Shown here: positions 36,097 to 36,633 of the stretch, piece by piece
How the letters are laid out: every line of letters starts with the position of its first letter
Position numbering within the stretch: position 1 is the first letter of the stretch
IMG/VR virus record: IMGVR_UViG_3300042897_000083
Span: 1-36,633 of that record
Length of the DNA stretch: 36,633 nucleotides
From: a virus
Lineage: Duplodnaviria; Caudoviricetes
Direction: 5' to 3' (one strand)
Program-made: the position numbers and the translations under genes
The notes under the pieces: model-generated
Told to the model about the DNA's origin: nothing
Databases searched by the model: none
What the model saw: the letters and a program-made list of their open reading frames with translations, nothing else

Positions 36097-36345
36097 TCAA
36101 AAATTACATTCCCCGCTATGCTCGCCGTCTTTCCTCAGGCCGCACTTATGACAAATAAATTCACCACGCTTTAGCATGTCAATGTGGCTCGCCATGCCCA
36201 AGCACAATCCTACCAAATCTTCAAAATCCACATCAACCCCGTGGACATACCCATTCACAGTTTCAAAACTATAATCTGCTGGCATGGTTATACCATCTTG
36301 GGTTTCGGTCATAACCTTGCCTGTTTCGGTTAGTGTGTAGCTCAT
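36097..36345 (-). CDS. Hypothetical 82-aa protein with C-terminal CxxC
   Basis: ORF with ICHKCG motif, near the prophage end. Confidence 0.55.
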   Translation of the reverse strand: MSYTLTETGKVMTETQDGITMPADYSFETVNGYVHGVDVDFEDLVGLCLGMASHIDMLKRGEFICHKCGLRKDGEHSGECNF

Positions 36346-36352
36346 TTTTTAC

Positions 36353-36438
36353 TGTACCCCATTTTGTACTTACTCACAGGCTATGTACCCCATCTTCCAG
36401 TGACAAACTCAGTGACAAACCATGTCACTTCATGTCAC
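36353..36438. repeat. Putative integrase arm-type / Xis binding repeats
   Basis: TGTACCCCAT x2 (36353, 36384), CAGTGACAAAC x2 (36398, 36410), CATGTCAC x2 (36421, 36431), about 70-150 bp from the att core. Confidence 0.65.
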
Positions 36439-36506
36439 AATACGGCTGTGGCAAAAGATTGATACCTTGATTCTATTGCCATGTATGCCCATTGGATACC
36501 CGGTAA

Positions 36507-36534
36507 ACAGGTTCGATTCCTGTCGGGCACGCCA
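36507..36534 (+). other. Probable attR core: duplicated 3' end of a tRNA, probably tRNA-Arg
   Basis: ACAGG-TTCGATT-CCTGT T-arm plus CGGGCAC-G-CCA acceptor strand, with no D or anticodon arm upstream; similar to the argX-type 3' end; followed by tRNA-His. Confidence 0.85.
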
Positions 36535-36563
36535 ACGTCATATCTTGTTGAGTTTTACCCCGT

Positions 36564-36633
36564 GGTGGCTGTAGCTCAGTTGGTAGAGCCCCGGATTGTG
36601 ATTCCGGTTGTCGTGGGTTCGAGCCCCATCAGT
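36564..36633 (+). tRNA. tRNA-His(GTG), host, 3' end truncated by window
   Basis: G-1 GTGGCTG, D-arm GCTCAGTTGGTAGAGC, anticodon arm CCGGA-TTGTGAT-TCCGG, T-arm GTGGG-TTCGAGC-CCCAT. Confidence 0.96.

Larger units (their letters stand above)
1..36534 (+). mobile_element. Temperate podovirus-like prophage, late region through probable attR (left part outside window)
   Basis: Co-oriented terminase-portal-scaffold-capsid-tail-ejection-lysis genes, no tape measure or sheath gene, ends at a tRNA 3'-end fragment followed by a host tRNA. Confidence 0.92.

Noticed and set aside
35983-36174. 63-aa + strand ORF
   Set aside because: It overlaps the minus-strand gene and the repeat/promoter region and has no clear RBS.

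Overview
The window is the late (morphogenesis/lysis) half of a temperate podovirus-like prophage, almost all on the + strand, ending at a probable right attachment site (a 28-bp tRNA-Arg-like 3' fragment, 36507-36534) just before a host tRNA-His(GTG). Gene order: large terminase, portal, scaffold, major capsid, decoration-type genes, head-tail adaptor, tail fibre genes, GNAT-like and ejection/internal virion proteins (including an M23-peptidase protein and a 2718-aa polyvalent protein), then a holin/DUF5675 endolysin/Rz/Rz1 lysis cassette and two minus-strand accessory genes. The main anomaly is that the probable tail nozzle (tubular protein B-like) gene is split into two pieces 24.8 kb apart (8750-9061 and 33816-35570). 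Both break points carry the same 7-bp repeat TGACAAC, and joining there restores one 683-aa ORF and completes an internal repeat. Related GTGACA/TGACAA motifs recur next to the att site and inside an unusual ~420-bp non-coding array of different 9-11-bp tandem repeats upstream of the lysis genes. Protein family calls come from recalled motifs and synteny, not from database searches.
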